From: Spirochaetia bacterium
GTDB lineage: Bacteria > Spirochaetota > Spirochaetia > SZUA-6 > Bin103
DNA: 64,000 nucleotides
Direction: 5' to 3'
Assembly: GCA_965198005.1 (NCBI GenBank)
Contig: CBDAOI010000004.1
Span: 1,920,001-1,984,000 of the forward strand
Shown: positions 1 through 9,972 of the stretch, one piece after another
Position numbering within the stretch: the stretch's first letter is position 1
Layout: the number at the start of each line of letters is the position of its first letter
Program-made: the position numbers and the translations under genes
Notes under the pieces: model-generated
Told to the model about the DNA's origin: nothing
Database searches by the model: none
Seen by the model: only the letters and a program-made list of their open reading frames with translations

Positions 1-188
1 GCGTTGCTGCGCGCCGCGTTGAGCTCGCCGTAGGTTTCGTACAGGATGGTGATCGGGCCCAGCCGCCGGCCGCTTTCCAGCACCAGCTCGTGGGGAGGCG
101 CGGCGAAGGTGTGCGCCCGCGGCGTGACCAGCCCGACCGATTCGGGGGCCTGCCACGGCGCCGAGGGCGGCGTCGGAATACTACTCAT
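1..188 (-). CDS. metX: Homoserine O-acyltransferase, N-terminal part (runs off window start)
   Basis: Manual translation MSSIPTPPSAPWQAPESVGLVTPRAHTF...LVLESGRRLGPITILYETYGELNAARSN, the typical MetX N-terminus. Confidence 0.85.
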   Translation of the reverse strand, partial: MSSIPTPPSAPWQAPESVGLVTPRAHTFAAPPHELVLESGRRLGPITILYETYGELNAARSN

Positions 189-308
189 GTTCAGGATGCG
201 GCGCAGGCTTGGCGAGCGGCAGCGATGGTGCGGCCCGGCGTGCGGCGGCATCCGGCGTTTTGCGCTATCATCGCCACGAACGGTAAGACTATTGTACGGC
301 TACCGCCA

Positions 309-1343
309 GTGATCTGTCAATTCAGCAACTCCGCGCCCGCCGCTTGCCGCCCGCCTGCCCGACGGGTCCTCCGACGTTGGCCGGAACTCCGGCCGCGGGT
401 GGGGAGCGCCGCGGTGCTGGCCCTGGCCCTGGCGCTCGCGGCCTGCTCGTCCGGCCCCAAGCTCCGCCTGCCGGCCGCGCTCGGTCCCACCGCCCGGGAC
501 GCGCAGCTCGTGGTAACCCTGCGCCAGCCGCTGATCTCCGACCTGATGGGCAGCGTCGAGCGACGGGCGCTGCTCCCGCCCGACCTGGAGCAGGCGGCGC
601 AGGACCTCACCGACATCACGGCGCTGATGGTGTTCGGCGTGCTGCCCGATCGGCGGGGGGCGGTGCTGGCGATGGTGCCCCGCTCGCGCTACCCGGCGCA
701 GGCAATCGGCTGGCAGCTCAACCTGAGTGATCTGACGTTCCACACCGATGCCCCCAGCGGCGTGCGCCACTACTGGAGCGACCGCAAGGCGGGCTTCGGA
801 GTCGTGGTGTTTCCCAACCTGATCTTCAGCTTCTGGCTGCATCCGCGGGAGTTCGGCCGCGCCGGTGCCGAACCGAGCCCGGCGGTCCGCGAGATGATCG
901 AGATCGCCACCGCCGGCGCGAGCATCGACCTGCACCCGGCGGCGGCCGCGGTCAGCGACGCGGAGCTGTTCGCGTATCTGCGGGACGTCAATGCCTGGGT
1001 GGCGGAGCTGGACCCGCGGGCCGCGGCGGCGGGCGCCCGCCTGCCGCTGGAGGCCGCCTGGGCCGCCGGCCGGTTCGAGGAAGAGACGGCGACGATCCAC
1101 GCGGGCGTGGCCCTCGAGACCGACAACGTGGACCCCTATCTCGCGCTGGTGCGGCTGCTGGTGGTCAACCTGCTGACCCGGCTGGACGCCCTGAGCGTGC
1201 AGCGGCTGCGGGCGGTACAGGTGGCGGCTGCGGGCGACGAGGGGGTCGGCGCTACGATTACGGTTACCGGACTGAAGCTGCCGCGGCGGCTGGTCACCGA
1301 GCTGCTGCTGGCGGAACTGGAGGGTGACGATGAGCAGCCGTGA
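309..1343 (+). CDS. Hypothetical lipoprotein (start uncertain)
   Basis: Within ORF 90..1343; hydrophobic stretch and lipobox AVLALALALAAC; overlaps the hisH start. Confidence 0.6.
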   Translation: MICQFSNSAPAACRPPARRVLRRWPELRPRVGSAAVLALALALAACSSGPKLRLPAALGPTARDAQLVVTLRQPLISDLMGSVERRALLPPDLEQAAQDLTDITALMVFGVLPDRRGAVLAMVPRSRYPAQAIGWQLNLSDLTFHTDAPSGVRHYWSDRKAGFGVVVFPNLIFSFWLHPREFGRAGAEPSPAVREMIEIATAGASIDLHPAAAAVSDAELFAYLRDVNAWVAELDPRAAAAGARLPLEAAWAAGRFEEETATIHAGVALETDNVDPYLALVRLLVVNLLTRLDALSVQRLRAVQVAAAGDEGVGATITVTGLKLPRRLVTELLLAELEGDDEQP

Positions 1344-1956
1344 ACCGGTCCTGATCGTCGACTACGAGGCCGGCAACCTGCGCAGCGTGGAGACGGCGGT
1401 GGCCCACCTCGGCGCGGGCGCGGTGACCAGCGGCGATCCCGACCGGGTGCGGCGGGCCGGGCGCGTCATTTTTCCGGGCGTGGGCGGCGCGGACGCGGCC
1501 ATGGCCGTGCTGCGCAGCCGCGGGCTGGATGCGGCGCTGCGCGAGGTGTATCGGGCGGGGCGGCCGATGCTCGGCATCTGCATCGGGTGCCAGGTGGTCT
1601 TCGACTGGTCGGAAGAGGGACCGACCGACTGCCTGGGTCTGGTCGCCGGGCGGGTCACGCGGCTGCAGCCGACCGCCGAGCGCAAGGTTCCGCACATGGG
1701 GTGGAACGTGGTCCGGCTGCGGCGCCGCCATCCGGTGGTCGCCGGCGTGGCCGACGGGGCGCGCTTCTACTTCGTCCACTCCTACAGCGTGGCGCCGGCC
1801 GATCCCGCGGTTACCCTGGGCGCGACGGTGTACGGCCGGGAGTTTGCCGCCATCGTTGCGGCCGACAACATCGTGGCGACCCAGTTCCACGCGGAAAAAT
1901 CCGGCCGGTGGGGCCTGCGCCTGTTGTCCAACTTCCTGGCGTGGAATCCCTCGTGA
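1330..1956 (+). CDS. hisH: Imidazole glycerol phosphate synthase, glutaminase subunit
   Basis: [44 protein letters not shown] motifs. Confidence 0.95.
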   Translation: MSSREPVLIVDYEAGNLRSVETAVAHLGAGAVTSGDPDRVRRAGRVIFPGVGGADAAMAVLRSRGLDAALREVYRAGRPMLGICIGCQVVFDWSEEGPTDCLGLVAGRVTRLQPTAERKVPHMGWNVVRLRRRHPVVAGVADGARFYFVHSYSVAPADPAVTLGATVYGREFAAIVAADNIVATQFHAEKSGRWGLRLLSNFLAWNPS

Positions 1957-2753
1957 CCGACGGCGGCGTGACCGACGGCGGCATCGGACTGGCCAAGCGC
2001 GTGATCGTGTGCCTGGACGTGCGCGACGGCAAGACCACCAAGGGGGTCCGGTTCCAGGCCAACCGGGTGGTGGGCGATCCGGTGGAGATGGCGCGGCAGT
2101 ACTATGCGGACGGAGCGGACGAGCTGGTGTTCTACGACATCACCGCTTCCGCCGAACGGCGCGGCATCATGCTCGACGTGGTGCGGCGGGTGGCGGAACA
2201 GATCTTCATTCCGTTCGCGGTGGGCGGCGGCATCGGCTCGGTGGCCGACATGCGGGCGGTGCTGCTGGCCGGCGCCGAGAAGGTGTCGGTCAACTCCCAG
2301 GCGGTACGCAATCCGCACGTCATCAGCGAAGGCGCGGCGGCGTTCGGCACGCAGTGCATCGTGCTGGGCCTGGACGCCAAGCACGACCCCGCCATGCCGA
2401 GCGGCTACCGGGTGATGATCGACGGGATGCGCCGCTCGACCGAGCTGGATGCGCTGGAGTGGGCCGTGCGCGCCCAGGAGCTCGGGGCCGGGGAGGTAGT
2501 GCTCAACGCCATCGACACCGACGGCGTGCAGGAGGGCTACGAACTGGAGGTAACCCGGCTGCTGGCCGACGCGTTGACCATTCCGGTCGTCGCCTCGGGC
2601 GGCGCCGGCACCCCCGACCACCTCTACGAGGTGCTCGAACACGCCCGTGCGCACGCGGCGCTGGTGGCCTCGATGGTCCACTTCGGGGACTACACCGTGT
2701 CGGAGATCAAGCGCAGTCTGGCCGCCCGCGGCGTGTGCGTCCGTGCCGATTGA
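1953..2753 (+). CDS. hisF: Imidazole glycerol phosphate synthase, cyclase subunit
   Basis: [41 protein letters not shown] overlap with hisH stop. Confidence 0.95.
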   Translation: MTDGGVTDGGIGLAKRVIVCLDVRDGKTTKGVRFQANRVVGDPVEMARQYYADGADELVFYDITASAERRGIMLDVVRRVAEQIFIPFAVGGGIGSVADMRAVLLAGAEKVSVNSQAVRNPHVISEGAAAFGTQCIVLGLDAKHDPAMPSGYRVMIDGMRRSTELDALEWAVRAQELGAGEVVLNAIDTDGVQEGYELEVTRLLADALTIPVVASGGAGTPDHLYEVLEHARAHAALVASMVHFGDYTVSEIKRSLAARGVCVRAD

Positions 2754-2844
2754 CGATACCCGCGATACGCGCGAGGGGGTTGACAGTTTGTCGCGTGCAT
2801 GCGAGAGTGCACCGCTCGGGGCTCTAAACCGACGTGGCGCCGCA

Positions 2845-3017
2845 GCAGGACATGGCGCACCAGGATCTGCGTGGTGGGCGCGCCAACGGCCTTGGCTGCC
2901 AGAAAGACGCGCGAGCCGCCCACACCGCCGGCGACTCCCCGGACCACGATGATCTGTGGTATACCCCGCCCCGCGACGGACATGATCGTGAGCAACAGAA
3001 GCAGTCCAGGGAACGCC
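2845..3017 (-). pseudogene. Isolated internal fragment of a DppC-type permease
   Basis: AFPGLLLLLTIMSVAGRGIPQII..GVAGGVGGSRV/FLAAKAVGAPTTQILVRHVL matches the intact permeases at 22178 and 51858, with an internal deletion. Confidence 0.7.
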
Positions 3018-3119
3018 GGGGCCCGCCATCGGGCTGGCGCCCACCCTCGTCTTTCTGCTCGCCTGGGTCGTGTCTCGACTCAGGTTGTGATTCCGGCACC
3101 GGCACAGTAGCATCCAAGG

Positions 3120-4469
3120 ATGCGCACATCGTCGGCGCGAGAACGTCAGGAACAATCCACCAGTTTGAACCTTGAGCCCTACTGGATGCCGTTTACCGGC
3201 AATCGCTACTTCAAGAAGCACCCGCGGCTGATCGCCGCGGCGAGCGGCGTGCACTACACTACGGTGGACGGCCGCACACTCCTCGACGGAGCCGCCGGGA
3301 TGTGGTGCTGCAACGCTGGCCACTGCCATCCCACGATCGTCGCGGCGGTGCAGGCGCAGGTGGCGAAGCTCGACTACGCGATGGCGTTTCAGGTCGGCCA
3401 CCCCTCGATATTCGAGCTGGCCGAGCGCCTTACCGCGATGGCGCCGTTGGGGTTCGACTACGCCTTCTTCGTCAACTCCGGCTCCGAGGCGGTGGACAGC
3501 GCGCTCAAGATCGCGCTCGGCTATCACCGTGCCCGCGGGGAGGGCACGCGTGTGCGGTTGATCGGACGGGAACGCGGCTACCACGGGGTCGGATTCGGCG
3601 GCATGTCGGTTGGGGGTATCACCCCGAATCGGAAGACCTTCGCGGGCGCGCTGCTGCCGGCGGTCGATCATCTGCCCCACACGCACGACCTGCAGCGGAA
3701 TGCATTCAGCCGTGGCCAGCCGGAGCACGGCGCCGAGCGCGCCGATGCCCTCGAGCAGTTGGTCGCGCTGCACGACGCGTCGACGATCGCGGCGGTGATC
3801 GTGGAGCCGGTGGCCGGCTCGGCCGGCGTGCTGCTGCCGCCGCAGGGCTACCTGAAGCGTCTGCGCGAGATCTGCACGGCACACGGCATCCTGCTGATCT
3901 TCGACGAGGTGATTACGGGCTTCGGCCGCCTCGGCGCGAGCTTCGCCACCGAGCGCTTCGACGTGGTGCCCGACATCATAACCGTCGCGAAGGGTCTGAC
4001 CAGCGGCGTGGTGCCGATGGGCGGGGTGCTGGTGCGCAGGGAGATCTACGACGCGTTCATGAGCGGGCCCGAGGAAGCCATCGAGCTGTTCCACGGCCAC
4101 ACCTACTCCGGCCATCCCGTCGCCGCGGTGGCGGCGCTCGCCGCACTGGAGGTCTACCGCGACGAGGACCTGTTCGAGCGCGCGCGGCGGCTCGAGCCGA
4201 TTCTGGAGGACGCGCTGCACGCGTTGCGCGGGGCCCGTCACGTCATCGACGTGCGCAACCTGGGGCTGGTCGGGGCGGTCGAGCTGGAGCCGGCTGCCGG
4301 CGCGCCCGGCAGACGTGGCGCAGCCGTGTTCCGCGGATGCTTCGACCGCGACGCCATCGTCCGGACCACGGGGGATACCATCGCGCTGTCACCGCCCCTC
4401 ACTATGGAACAGACCGAGATCCACCAGGTCGTCGACACCATCGGTCGGGTGTTGGGCGAGCTCGACTAG
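3120..4469 (+). CDS. Class III PLP aminotransferase (omega-amino acid/beta-alanine:pyruvate transaminase-like)
   Basis: YWMPFTGNR, NSGSEAVDSALK, LIFDEVITGFGRLG, DIITVAKGLTSG, HGHTYSGHP. Confidence 0.9.
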   Translation: MRTSSARERQEQSTSLNLEPYWMPFTGNRYFKKHPRLIAAASGVHYTTVDGRTLLDGAAGMWCCNAGHCHPTIVAAVQAQVAKLDYAMAFQVGHPSIFELAERLTAMAPLGFDYAFFVNSGSEAVDSALKIALGYHRARGEGTRVRLIGRERGYHGVGFGGMSVGGITPNRKTFAGALLPAVDHLPHTHDLQRNAFSRGQPEHGAERADALEQLVALHDASTIAAVIVEPVAGSAGVLLPPQGYLKRLREICTAHGILLIFDEVITGFGRLGASFATERFDVVPDIITVAKGLTSGVVPMGGVLVRREIYDAFMSGPEEAIELFHGHTYSGHPVAAVAALAALEVYRDEDLFERARRLEPILEDALHALRGARHVIDVRNLGLVGAVELEPAAGAPGRRGAAVFRGCFDRDAIVRTTGDTIALSPPLTMEQTEIHQVVDTIGRVLGELD

Positions 4470-4474
4470 CGCGC

Positions 4475-4528
4475 ATGGCCCGCTACGCCGACCTGGCAGT
4501 CCGGGTGGGCCTGAACTTGCAGCCCGGG
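4475..4528 (+). pseudogene. 18-codon N-terminal stub resembling an M29 aminopeptidase
   Basis: MARYADLAVRVGLNLQPG just after the transaminase, cut off by the convergent gene. Confidence 0.5.
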
Positions 4529-4529
4529 C

Positions 4530-5360
4530 TCAGGCGATGCCGAGGATCCGGCGAGCGTCGGCGGTGGTCGCCACCTCGCGCTGCTGCTGTTGAATGACGT
4601 TGGCGGCCACCTCCACCATCTGCGCGTTGCTCTCGAGCAGCACCCCCTTGCGCAGGTACAGGTTGTCCTCGAAGCCCACCCGCACGTGGCCGCCGAGGAT
4701 CACCGCCATCGTGATGAGCGGAAGCTGCGCGCGCCCCACACCCAGCACCGACCAGGGGATGTCGGCGGGCAGCTGCTTGCGCACGTGCAGCAGGTTCTCC
4801 GGCGTCCCCTCGATCCCCCACTTCACCCCCATGCAGATCTGCACGTAGGGCGGATCGTCGAACAGCCCCTGCTCGATCATGGAACGCGCCTGCCAGGCGT
4901 GGCCCGCATCGAACACCTCGATCTCCGGCTTTACCCCCCGCTCGCGCATCCGTTGCGCCGCGGCTGAACTCCAGTCGGATGGATTCTGAAAAACCGCCGG
5001 GCGGTAACCCAAGTTCAGCGACCCGATGTCGAGGGAGCACAGCTCGGTGCCGAGCTCGACCGGCTGCAACCGCTCCTCGATGACGTTCTTACGGGGGATG
5101 TTATTGCCGCTGGTCGTCAGGTTTATGAGGATGTCGCACTTGTCGCGGATCCTCTCGACGCACTCGCGAAACAGCTCGAGGCGGTAGGTGGGGACCCCCG
5201 TCTCGGGATCGCGCACGTGGATATGGACGATCGCGGCGCCGGCTCGGTAGCAGTCGTAGGTGGCGTCGGCGATCTCCGCGGGGGTGTGGGGGAGGCCGGG
5301 ATGTTGGTCGCGCGTCGGCACCGAGCCGGTCACCGCGACGGTTATGATGTGCTTGCTCAT
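4530..5360 (-). CDS. BKACE / DUF849 beta-keto acid cleavage enzyme
   Basis: [45 protein letters not shown]. Confidence 0.9.
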   Translation of the reverse strand: MSKHIITVAVTGSVPTRDQHPGLPHTPAEIADATYDCYRAGAAIVHIHVRDPETGVPTYRLELFRECVERIRDKCDILINLTTSGNNIPRKNVIEERLQPVELGTELCSLDIGSLNLGYRPAVFQNPSDWSSAAAQRMRERGVKPEIEVFDAGHAWQARSMIEQGLFDDPPYVQICMGVKWGIEGTPENLLHVRKQLPADIPWSVLGVGRAQLPLITMAVILGGHVRVGFEDNLYLRKGVLLESNAQMVEVAANVIQQQQREVATTADARRILGIA

Positions 5361-5451
5361 AGGCGTACGTCTGATTCTCCTTGCGTCACGATACCGTATG
5401 CGATAACCGGCACACAAACCGAGTACAAAATTCTGAATCGTGGCCCAATGG

Positions 5452-6334
5452 TCGACGAATGGCCGGAGGAGGTCAAGCAGTACTACCGCTACGACCCGGA
5501 ACGGGCGAAGCAGTTGCTGGCCGAGGCGAGCTATCCCGATGGCCTCAAGACCGAACTTTACGACGCTCTTGACCCGTCTTTGGATCGACCAGGATCTGAA
5601 GCGCGAGCTCGGATTCTGAATCAATCGCCCTTGGGCGATGGAAATGGGAGCCCGCTTCCGGGCGGACTCCGCTGCCACATGACAGAGTGGGACGGTGGCG
5701 TGTGCTGCCGTCCCACTCTCGAGGCGCCCTGCAATGCGAACGTACATCATCCGACGCGTCTTGCTGCTGATCCCGACGTTCCTCATTCTGACGGTCCTGG
5801 TGTTTCTCTCGGTGCGCTTTCTTCCCGGCGACGCCCAACTTCTGGCTCGCCACGCTGGTGCTGACCTTTCCCGCGATCTGGTGGGCGTGGGCGCCGCCGC
5901 TGCGCATGGTGGCGTTCGCCGATGACCCGCTCCGCAACCTCGGCCACCTGTTCATTCCCAGCCTCATTCTGGGCACCTACCTGTCGGCTACCCGGGTGCA
6001 GTACCGCTAAGTAGGAGCTTGGCGCGTGCGACAGACTCCTGGCGGACGGTGGGGATGGGCCGCAAGCGACGCCTGGCGGATGCGACATACTCAGCCGAAA
6101 CCGCGGCCGTTCCTGCTCGACCTGCTGCGGCGGCTGGTGGGGGAGCGGCCGCTGGGGGCAGCGAGCGCGGTGGTGGTGTACTGCCTCAACATGTTCGGTG
6201 ACGCGGTCCGCAACCTGCTCGATCCCCGGCTGCGGGGCGGTGGCGGCGGTGCGAGCCTCGGCAGCGGCGGCATGAGCGCCCGCGCCATCGAAGGCGCCCG
6301 CCGCGCCCTGCAAAAGGCAGCGCGCTCCGGCTGA
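5452..6334 (+). pseudogene. Miniaturised SBP-dppB-dppC cassette with several internal deletions
   Basis: In order: SBP pieces ([29 protein letters not shown]), dppB pieces ([11 protein letters not shown] / PNFWL..GTYLSAT / RVQYR*), dppC pieces (ERPLGAASA / VVYCLNMFGDAVR..LDPRLRG). Confidence 0.85.
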
Positions 6335-6413
6335 TACGGCTGACCACACCTTTGACACCCGTTACTCAATTGGCCCTGAACTTGACATAGGCACAACATG
6401 TATGCGTACTAAT

Positions 6414-6440
6414 ACACTGGCGTGCTAAACACGCCGGTGT
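6414..6440. promoter_or_regulatory. Inverted repeat, candidate TA operator
   Basis: ACACTGGCGTG-ctaaa-CACGCCGGTGT lies between a TTGACA (6382) and the antitoxin start. Confidence 0.4.
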
Positions 6441-6450
6441 GGGGTACGGT

Positions 6451-6651
6451 ATGAGAACGATTGAAAAGCTCAAGGCGGAAATTACGCAGCTTACCGCCGA
6501 AGAGTTGAGCGAATTGGCGCGCTGGCTCTCGGAACGCCATTGGGAGTCGTGGGACGCACAAATCGAAGCCGATTCTCGAGCTGGGAGACTGGATTTCCTG
6601 ATCGATGAAGTGCAAAAGGAGAAGTCTGACGGCAGCCTCAAGGACTTGTAG
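6451..6651 (+). CDS. Putative type II antitoxin
   Basis: 66 aa, WDAQIEADSRAGRLDFLIDE motif, directly upstream of a RelE-like toxin. Confidence 0.7.
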   Translation: MRTIEKLKAEITQLTAEELSELARWLSERHWESWDAQIEADSRAGRLDFLIDEVQKEKSDGSLKDL

Positions 6652-6790
6652 GTGCATCGCGCCACTACGCGCTTCTGGGACAGCTATAGCCGGCTCCCGG
6701 AACCGGTCAAGAAGGCGGCCCGACAGAACTTCGGTCTCTTGAAGTCAAATCACCGGCATCCCTCCTTGCACTTCAAGAGAATTGGAAAGG
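6652..6790 (+). pseudogene. RelE/ParE-like toxin, truncated
   Basis: MHRATTRFWDSYSRLPEPVKKAARQNFGLLKSNHRHPSLHFKRIGK, then unrelated sequence. Confidence 0.7.
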
Positions 6791-7158
6791 ATAGTGGTCA
6801 GGCCATGGAATCCGGCGGGCAGGCGGAACAGGCGGTTGGCGGCGCCGAGCAGGCCCTCGCGGAGCAGCATCGGCAGTGCTGTGAGGACGCCGCCGTAGGC
6901 GACCGCGGTGGCTGGCTCGGCGAACACCGGCGTGGCCTCGGTCAGCAAGCCGGGGCTGGCGCGCGTGCGGCCCTCGACGTCGCGCGCGGCGCGGCCCATG
7001 GGCGCGTGCTTGTCGCGGGCGTCGCGGGTGGCGCGGTCGGTGGCCGCCGCCGACACGACCTGCAGCTTGGCAGCGCCGAGGCGCCAATTGCCAGAATCGG
7101 CGCCGGGTGACTGGGGGAGTTCTCGCCGGGGGTCGTTGGTCGGTTTCCTGCGAGTCAC
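6790..7158 (-). pseudogene. Putative transposase-like N-terminal fragment (shorter copy at 17846-18132)
   Basis: MGRAARDVEGR..GLLTEATPVF..YGGVLTALPMLLREGLL; ends abruptly against the toxin; family assignment from memory only. Confidence 0.4.
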
Positions 7159-7261
7159 GCCGAAAGCTGGCCCTCGGAGCGGCCATTCGCCCCTGCTGGC
7201 GGCCTGGGCGGCTCATTCGGCTCATTGCGTTCGCTACGTTAGCCATGTTGGTATCGCTTTG

Positions 7262-7591
7262 ATGGCAACCCTCTCCGTACGCGCTCTCCCCGACCCCCTG
7301 CATCGCCGCTTCAAGCTGCTGTGTGCCACCCGCGGTCTGTGGATGCGCGCGGAGGTGATTCGCCCGATCGAGCGGGAACTCGCCATGGTCGACGATCTCG
7401 AGGCCGCTCTGCGTGCGGTGCTCGGCCAAGCGTCGGCGCCGCCTCGAGAGGACCTCGGCAGTTGGGCCGGCTGGGCCGATTCGTGGTTGACGTTCACGGG
7501 AGCGGAGGTTATGATGGGGTGGATGCAGTCAATCGCCGCTACATCCGGGTATGGCTGTGCCTCACCTGCGGAGGGCTTGAGTGACCTATAA
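7262..7591 (+). CDS. FitA/Arc-like ribbon-helix-helix protein, stop read through (TGG at 7463)
   Basis: MATLSVRALPDPLHRRFKLLCATRG; paralogue at 18236 has TGA at this codon. Confidence 0.6.
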   Translation: MATLSVRALPDPLHRRFKLLCATRGLWMRAEVIRPIERELAMVDDLEAALRAVLGQASAPPREDLGSWAGWADSWLTFTGAEVMMGWMQSIAATSGYGCASPAEGLSDL

Positions 7592-7634
7592 CACGTCAAC
7601 GCTTATGACACTCTGTTCCCCTGACAGCCGCTCG

Positions 7635-7648
7635 CCGAGAATTGCTGA
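7635..7648 (+). mobile_element. Isolated IS terminal repeat CCGAGAATTGCTGA
   Basis: Identical to 18618-18631 and 48144-48157; reverse complement at 55721-55734. Confidence 0.6.
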
Positions 7649-7686
7649 GAATCAGCTCGCGGCGGGCTTGCTTAATGGTGAGGAAT

Positions 7687-7706
7687 CCCCCCCCCCCCCC
7701 CCCCCC
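7687..7706. repeat. Poly-C tract (20 C)
   Basis: Direct read; counterpart with 16 C at 18670-18685. Confidence 0.9.
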
Positions 7707-8047
7707 AAGTATTAGCACGAGAAGCATTAACACTATCCGGAGCTGAGGGCGCAGCGCGCCGCGCGCGCCACTTCGCCTGCACCACCGCTACCCCGTCTGC
7801 CTGGAAACCACGCCGCCGGCGTTGCCGGTCACTCACCTGCGCTGCATCGCCGACCACCGCCCCGCGCGGAGCTTCGGGATCAGGTGCGCGCACGCGTTCA
7901 CGGAGGTGGCCGATGCGGAACTGATTCACCGATTCGGACTCCGGGCTGGCGGCCCTCGCTTTCCGGCACCTGCCATTGCGGGTGTACTTCGAGAGTGGGC
8001 GAGGGATGGGCAGTGGCATCAGCACTCTCGAAACATTGGAGTGAAAC

Positions 8048-9859
8048 ATGCATTATGCAATTTTTCGCACGTTCCTTGCGGTACTGTTCGGGCTCGTCCT
8101 GACGGCAACCGGCGTGTGGGCGGCTGCTGCACAAGAGGAGCCGGCCGCGGCGACGGAGAAGGAAATGGTGATGGACCCCACCACCGGCAAGATGGTGACC
8201 GCGCCGGTGTATGGCGGGACATTGACGTATCCACATAACAGAGTAAGCACTAATGTAGACCCCTTTGCTGTTGGGTTTGAAGCGGGCTGGCTCATAGACG
8301 GTGTCAATGAGAAACTCGCCCACGGGAACTGGGGCCTAGATAGGGAAGAATTTGCCTTTAAAGCCATGTACCTCCCCTTGTTTGCGTATACGGGGAACCT
8401 GGCGGAAAGTTGGGAAACGCCCGACGACACAACCTATGTCTTCAACATCCGTAAGGGCGTTCACTACGCCCTTAATCTAGACAGTGAGGCCAGCCGCTTA
8501 GTAAACGGTCGGGAGCTAACTGCCAAGGATGTAGAACATTCCTTTCACCGTTTGTTGGGTCTGGGCAGCGGCTTCACCGAACCTAGCCCCCGTCCCGCCA
8601 CACTCATCGCCATACCATTCGAATCGATAACGGCCACCGACAAATGGACGGTTGTTGTGAAGCTGACGGAGCCAAGCGTCGGTGCACTGAGGACTATCAT
8701 CGCCGCAGCTGAGTTGTGGACATTACCCGCCGAGGTAATCGAGAAATACGGCGACTATAGTGATTGGAAGAACGTCGTCGGCACCGGGCCCTTCATGCTG
8801 ACTGACTACGTCGAAGGCGTCTCCAAAACCTTCGCCAAGAACCCTGAGTATTGGGGCTACGACGAAAAATACCCCGAGAACCGCCTGCCCTATATTGACC
8901 AGCTAAGGGCCTTGTTAATGGCAGACGAAGCAACACGTATATCGGCACTACGCACGGGTAAGGTTGATATTATACAACACGCAGGCGTCGTTGATATTAG
9001 ATCAGTCGATGTGGGAAGGAGCCTCATGAAGACCGACCCGGAAATCGAGGTACACAGTCATTTCGAGCGGTCGTTTCAGAGCATTACTATGAACATTCGC
9101 AAGCCGCCATTCGACGACATAAGGGTGCGCCACGCACTGCAGATGGCACTCGACCTCGAGACGATCAACGATACGTACTACGGCGGTTTAGCTAAGTGGG
9201 AACCTATTGGGTTGGGAGGCGTACAGGGGTATTACACCCCATTTGAAGAGTGGCCCGAAGAGCTCAAGCAATACTACAAGTATGACCCGGCAGGTGCAGA
9301 AGCGTTGCTTGATGCGGCGGGATATCCGCGCGGCGCGGACGGCGTTAGATTCCAGACCAACCTGGAGCTCCGCCCCGGTGATTTGGGCTATTTTGAAATA
9401 GCTGCCGGCTACTTTGCTGATATTGGCGTTGATGTATCGATAAGTAATGTTGACCCGGCTACTTGGATCGCTAGTAGAGGAGAACATAATTATGAGATGA
9501 GCCTTGGCGACATGGCCTTTCCTGGGAACCCTGTCTGGGCGGTAGGCATTTATCGCGAGAACAACGTGTGGTTGCGCGAATGGGTGGGCGGAGTCGAGAC
9601 CCCTGAGCTTACCGCCGCCTATGATGCCCTTTACGCCGCTACCACCGTTGAGGAGCAGAGAAAGGCAATTAGACAGTTCGATATGGAGGTGGTGAAGCAG
9701 CACAATCAGATATGGGGTCCCTTGGCTCCAGGGTTTCAGGCGAACCAGCCGTGGGTCGAGGGTTATCACGGTGAATTCACGATGGGAGACATGCTGCATC
9801 ATACCATCCTCGCCCGCATCTGGATTGACCAAGATCTGAAGCGAGAAATGGGGTTCTGA
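8048..9859 (+). CDS. ABC transporter substrate-binding protein, family 5 (DppA/OppA-like)
   Basis: Signal peptide, YGGTLT, LAESWE, GTGPF, PFDDIRVRHALQMALD. Confidence 0.92.
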   Translation: MHYAIFRTFLAVLFGLVLTATGVWAAAAQEEPAAATEKEMVMDPTTGKMVTAPVYGGTLTYPHNRVSTNVDPFAVGFEAGWLIDGVNEKLAHGNWGLDREEFAFKAMYLPLFAYTGNLAESWETPDDTTYVFNIRKGVHYALNLDSEASRLVNGRELTAKDVEHSFHRLLGLGSGFTEPSPRPATLIAIPFESITATDKWTVVVKLTEPSVGALRTIIAAAELWTLPAEVIEKYGDYSDWKNVVGTGPFMLTDYVEGVSKTFAKNPEYWGYDEKYPENRLPYIDQLRALLMADEATRISALRTGKVDIIQHAGVVDIRSVDVGRSLMKTDPEIEVHSHFERSFQSITMNIRKPPFDDIRVRHALQMALDLETINDTYYGGLAKWEPIGLGGVQGYYTPFEEWPEELKQYYKYDPAGAEALLDAAGYPRGADGVRFQTNLELRPGDLGYFEIAAGYFADIGVDVSISNVDPATWIASRGEHNYEMSLGDMAFPGNPVWAVGIYRENNVWLREWVGGVETPELTAAYDALYAATTVEEQRKAIRQFDMEVVKQHNQIWGPLAPGFQANQPWVEGYHGEFTMGDMLHHTILARIWIDQDLKREMGF

Positions 9860-9922
9860 GCCGGGACGCACGCCTAGCGGCGGGGTCCGCGAGCGTTTTT
9901 CGCGCTCGTTCTGCTTGCAGAG

Positions 9923-9960
9923 AATGGGCGCCGGGAGCATCAAGCTTCCCGGCGCCCATT
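9923..9960 (+). promoter_or_regulatory. 14-bp stem hairpin between SBP and permease
   Basis: AATGGGCGCCGGGA...TCCCGGCGCCCATT; homologue at 50790-50845. Confidence 0.6.
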
Positions 9961-9972
9961 TACCGCGAAGAT

